The position numbers and the translations under genes are program-made. A stretch of 64,000 nucleotides of DNA from Solirubrobacteraceae bacterium (GTDB taxonomy: Bacteria > Actinomycetota > Thermoleophilia > Solirubrobacterales > Solirubrobacteraceae): assembly GCA_036494115.1 (NCBI GenBank), contig DASXOS010000084.1, forward strand, positions 11,232 to 75,231, read 5' to 3'. Numbering within the stretch: the stretch's first letter is position 1; each line of letters starts with the position of its first letter. Below are positions 60,878 to 64,000 of the stretch, piece by piece. Below the pieces are notes generated by a model. It was not told the origin of the DNA, searched no databases, and saw only the letters and a program-made list of their open reading frames with translations.

Positions 60878-61342
60878 CTAGGAGACTTCGACGGGCTCGT
60901 CCTTGCCGGCGAGCCGGTCGCGGCCGCGCTGCACGGCGGCGATGAACTTCGTGAGGTTGACCTCGAGCGTGTTCAGGATCTCGTCGGCGTAGTCCTCGGC
61001 GCCGAGGCGGATCTCCCGCTCGCGGGCGCGCGCGTCCTCGATGATGTCCTCGGCGGCACGCTCGGCCTGCTTGGTGATCTCCTCGTCGGAGATCAGGCGC
61101 TCCTGGCGCTCGCGGGCCTCCTTGACGATGCGCTCGGCCTCGCGCTTGGCCTCGGCGAGCATCTCCTGCCGTTCCTTGACGATCCACCGGGCCTGCTTGA
61201 TCTCCTCGGGGATCGTGGCGCGCATCTGGTCGAGGATGTCGTAGATCTCTTCCTTGTCGACGCGAACCTGGTCGGTCAGCGGAACGGGCTTGGCGTTGTG
61301 GACGAGATCGTCCAGCTTGTCGATGAGTACCAGGACATCCAT
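60878..61342 (-). CDS. SepIVA/DivIVA-like coiled-coil protein
   Basis: AKPVPL, IPEEIKQARWIVKERQ coiled coil, GAEDYADEIL; directly downstream of coaD. Confidence 0.75.
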   Translation of the reverse strand: MDVLVLIDKLDDLVHNAKPVPLTDQVRVDKEEIYDILDQMRATIPEEIKQARWIVKERQEMLAEAKREAERIVKEARERQERLISDEEITKQAERAAEDIIEDARAREREIRLGAEDYADEILNTLEVNLTKFIAAVQRGRDRLAGKDEPVEVS

Positions 61343-61360
61343 TGCAGAACCTCTGTTTCG

Positions 61361-61858
61361 TCAGCGGCTGAGCCGTTCCTTCAACGCCACCGCGACCTCA
61401 TCAGGGACCATGTCCTCGATGCTGCCGCCGAAGGTGGCCAGCTCCTTCACTCCGCTGGATCTAACGAAACTGTACTTGGGAGAGGCCATCAGGTACACGG
61501 ATTCGATCTCCGGGGCCTGACGGCGGTTGAGCTGATCCATCTCCAGCTCGTACTCGAAGTCCGAGATCGCACGCAGGCCCTTGACGATCGCCTTTGCCCC
61601 GCGCTGCCGGGCGAACTCCACCACCAGGATGCTGAATGGCTCGACGGTCACGTTGTCGAGGTCGCGCGTCGCGGTCTCCACGAACGCCACTCGCTCCTCG
61701 GCGCTGAACAGCGTTCCTCCCTTGCGGACGGGGAGGTTGACGACCGCGACGATCACCTTGTCGAACATCGCCGCCGCGCGCGAGATCACGTCGAGGTGCC
61801 CGTAGGTGACGGGGTCGTAGGAGCCGGGGCAGACGGCGATGCGGTTGTCAGGAGCCAT
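61361..61858 (-). CDS. coaD: Phosphopantetheine adenylyltransferase
   Basis: PGSYDPVTYGH, KGLRAISDFEYE. Confidence 0.96.
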   Translation of the reverse strand: MAPDNRIAVCPGSYDPVTYGHLDVISRAAAMFDKVIVAVVNLPVRKGGTLFSAEERVAFVETATRDLDNVTVEPFSILVVEFARQRGAKAIVKGLRAISDFEYELEMDQLNRRQAPEIESVYLMASPKYSFVRSSGVKELATFGGSIEDMVPDEVAVALKERLSR

Positions 61859-62381
61859 GAATGCGGATCAGGGTGTCGCCGTAGCGACGTTCGCTCAGGA
61901 GAGGCAGTTGCAGCTCGAGCGGCTCGCGCCGGTCGCTCTCGGCCACGACCCGGGCGTCTGCCGTGAGCACCGGCGCCAGTCCCGTGGAGAGCTCCCGTCC
62001 GAGCGCGCTCGCTTGACGGTATGGAGGGTCTGCGAACACGAGATCGTATTGACGGCGAGCCGCCCGTGCGCGCTGGAGAAACGGCGCGACCCCCTGAGCG
62101 ACGACCTCGGCGTCCAGACCGAGCGCATGCAGGTTGCGCCGGACGGCGGCCACGGAGGCCGCGGAGGAGTCGACGAACACGGCCGACGCGGCACCCCGGC
62201 TGAGTGCCTCGATGCCGAGCGCTCCGGATCCGGCGAACAGGTCGAGCACGCGTGCATCGACGACCGTCTCCCCCAGGATCGAGAACAGCGCCTCGCGCAC
62301 CCGGTCGGAGGTCGGCCGCACGCTGCGACCGCGCGGCGCCACCAGCGTCCGCCCACCGAGCGCGCCCGCGATCACCCTCAC
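61848..62381 (-). CDS. rsmD: 16S rRNA m2G966 methyltransferase
   Basis: RVIAG, RPTSDRVREALF, DLFAGSGALGIEALSRGA, DPPY. Confidence 0.95.
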   Translation of the reverse strand: MRVIAGALGGRTLVAPRGRSVRPTSDRVREALFSILGETVVDARVLDLFAGSGALGIEALSRGAASAVFVDSSAASVAAVRRNLHALGLDAEVVAQGVAPFLQRARAARRQYDLVFADPPYRQASALGRELSTGLAPVLTADARVVAESDRREPLELQLPLLSERRYGDTLIRIHGS

Positions 62382-64000
62382 GCGCGGATCGGCGCGCGCG
62401 CCTCGGCGCCGTACGCCTGCACGAGCGCGTCCGCGAGCAGCACGTGCTCTCCGAGCTCCAGGTCCGGGTCCTCGGCCAGGATCCGGTCGGCGTGCGCCCG
62501 CGCACGCTCGAGCAGCTCGGCATCGCGCGGGAGCTCCGCCACCCGGAATTGGGCCAGCCCGCTCTGCCGCACCCCCACGAGCTCGCCCTCGCCGCGGAGC
62601 TCGAGGTCGATCTCGGCCAGCCGGAACCCATCGCCGGAGGCGCTGAGCGCGCGCAGCCGCGCCGAATCCTTGGAGCCGAACAGCAGGCACAGCGACGCAT
62701 GCGACCCTCGCCCGATCCGCCCCCGCAACTGGTGCAGCTGCGAGATCCCGTAGCGCTCGGCGTTCTCAACGAGCATCACGGTGGCGTTCGGCACGTCGAT
62801 GCCGACCTCAATCACCGTGGTCGCGACGAGCACATGCGCAGAGCCCGAGGCGAACGCGTCCATTGCGGTCTGCTTCTCCGCCGCGCGCATCTGGCCGTGC
62901 AGCAGCACGACCTCGTAGCCGCGCAGCTCGCCGGCGCGGAGCCGCTCGAACTCCGCCGTGGCGGCCCTGGCCTGGAGCTGCTCGGACTCCTCGACCAGGG
63001 GGCAGACCACGAACGCCTGGCGGCCGGCGTCGAGCTCCTCGCGGATGCGGTCGTACGCGCGGGCCCGTTCGCGCTCGCTCGAGCACACGAACGTCTCGAT
63101 CGGCTGACGACCGCGGGGGAGCTCGCGCAGCACGGTGAAGTCGAGGTCGCCGTAGCCGGCCAGCGCCAGCGTGCGGGGAATCGGCGTGGCCGTCATGTGG
63201 AGCACGTGGGGCGCGCGGTCATCGCCTCCCTTGGCGTCGAGCGCAGCCCGCTGGCGAACTCCGAAGCGGTGCTGCTCGTCGATGACCACCACCCCGAGGC
63301 GAGCGAACTCGACCGTGTCCTCGATCAGTGCATGGGTGCCCACGACGAGCGACAGCTCTCCGGTGGCGAGCTTCGCCAGCACATCCCGCCGGCGGCGGGC
63401 CGGCGTCGACCCGGTGAGCAGCGCCACCGGCACCGCCTGGCCGGGCATCAGCGCCTGGATCGTGGCGAAGTGCTGCTCGGCGAGCGTCTCGGTGGGCGCC
63501 ATCAGCACGCCCTGCCAGCCATGCTCGACCGCGCGCAGCAGCGAGTAGAGCGCAACCACGGTCTTGCCCGAGCCCACCTCCCCCATCAGCAGCCGCTGCA
63601 TGGGACGCTCCTGGGAGAGGTCCTCGTCGATGACCGCGATCGCCTGCTCCTGGTCGCCGGTCAGTTCGAACGGGAGAAGCTCGCTCATCCAACGGGCGGT
63701 CAGTTCGCGCTCGCCGTCGAGGACGGGCGCGAGCCGCTCCAACCGCCGCAGCCGGCGGCGGCGCAGCAGCGCGAGCTGGACGAGCAGCAGTTCGTCGAAG
63801 GCCAGCCGGCGCCGTCCGCGCTCGACATCGCTCTCGCCGTCCGGGAAGTGCGACGCGGCCAGTGCACCGGGGCGGTCGACGAGTCGCTCCAAATGCCGCA
63901 GACGGCTCGGCAGAGGCTCCGTCACCTCGCGCAGCGCTGGGCGGTGCTCGCCGACGAGGGCCAGGATCTGGGTCGAGGAGAGACCTTCGGTGGCCGGATA
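62378..64000 (-). CDS. recG: ATP-dependent DNA helicase RecG (5' end outside the window)
   Basis: GEVGSGKT, IDEQHRFG, MTATPIPRTL, QLHQLRGRIGRG. Confidence 0.96.
   Translation of the reverse strand, partial: YPATEGLSSTQILALVGEHRPALREVTEPLPSRLRHLERLVDRPGALAASHFPDGESDVERGRRRLAFDELLLVQLALLRRRRLRRLERLAPVLDGERELTARWMSELLPFELTGDQEQAIAVIDEDLSQERPMQRLLMGEVGSGKTVVALYSLLRAVEHGWQGVLMAPTETLAEQHFATIQALMPGQAVPVALLTGSTPARRRRDVLAKLATGELSLVVGTHALIEDTVEFARLGVVVIDEQHRFGVRQRAALDAKGGDDRAPHVLHMTATPIPRTLALAGYGDLDFTVLRELPRGRQPIETFVCSSERERARAYDRIREELDAGRQAFVVCPLVEESEQLQARAATAEFERLRAGELRGYEVVLLHGQMRAAEKQTAMDAFASGSAHVLVATTVIEVGIDVPNATVMLVENAERYGISQLHQLRGRIGRGSHASLCLLFGSKDSARLRALSASGDGFRLAEIDLELRGEGELVGVRQSGLAQFRVAELPRDAELLERARAHADRILAEDPDLELGEHVLLADALVQAYGAEARAPIRA

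Overview
High-GC (about 70% by eye) actinobacterial chromosomal segment. Gene content and order (recG-rsmD-coaD-sepIVA-like...rpmF-plsX-acpP-rnc-smc-ftsY-ffh-rpsP-rimM-trmD-rplS-lepB-rnhB-yraN-comM-dprA...xerC-whiG...xseB-ispA-dxs-tlyA-nadK-recN-pyrG...xerD-mutM-recO-dgt-dnaG) suggest a deep-branching Actinomycetota such as Thermoleophilia/Solirubrobacterales (inference). It is mostly core genome, almost all on the minus strand, with one tRNA-Asn(GTT) and no CRISPR array, rRNA, prophage or intact transposase. The best candidates for undescribed systems are: (1) a tandem-HTH + Zn-finger + HNH nuclease gene with a perfect LexA/SOS box, wedged between dnaG and tRNA-Asn; (2) a two-gene module (37519-38398) encoding a beta-grasp/ubiquitin-like protein ending ...IFFPRAAGG-R plus a membrane-anchored Cys-containing partner, with no E1 in the window. 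Non-coding signals include two different ~160-bp fully fold-back MITEs (IS5/IS1031-like with TTA duplication; IS630-like at the whiG stop codon), an orphan antisense sRNA candidate with its own terminator, a 35-bp promoter present twice in inverted orientation ahead of the divergent comM and yraN genes, and REP-like palindromes. All calls come from motif recognition by eye; no database search was run.
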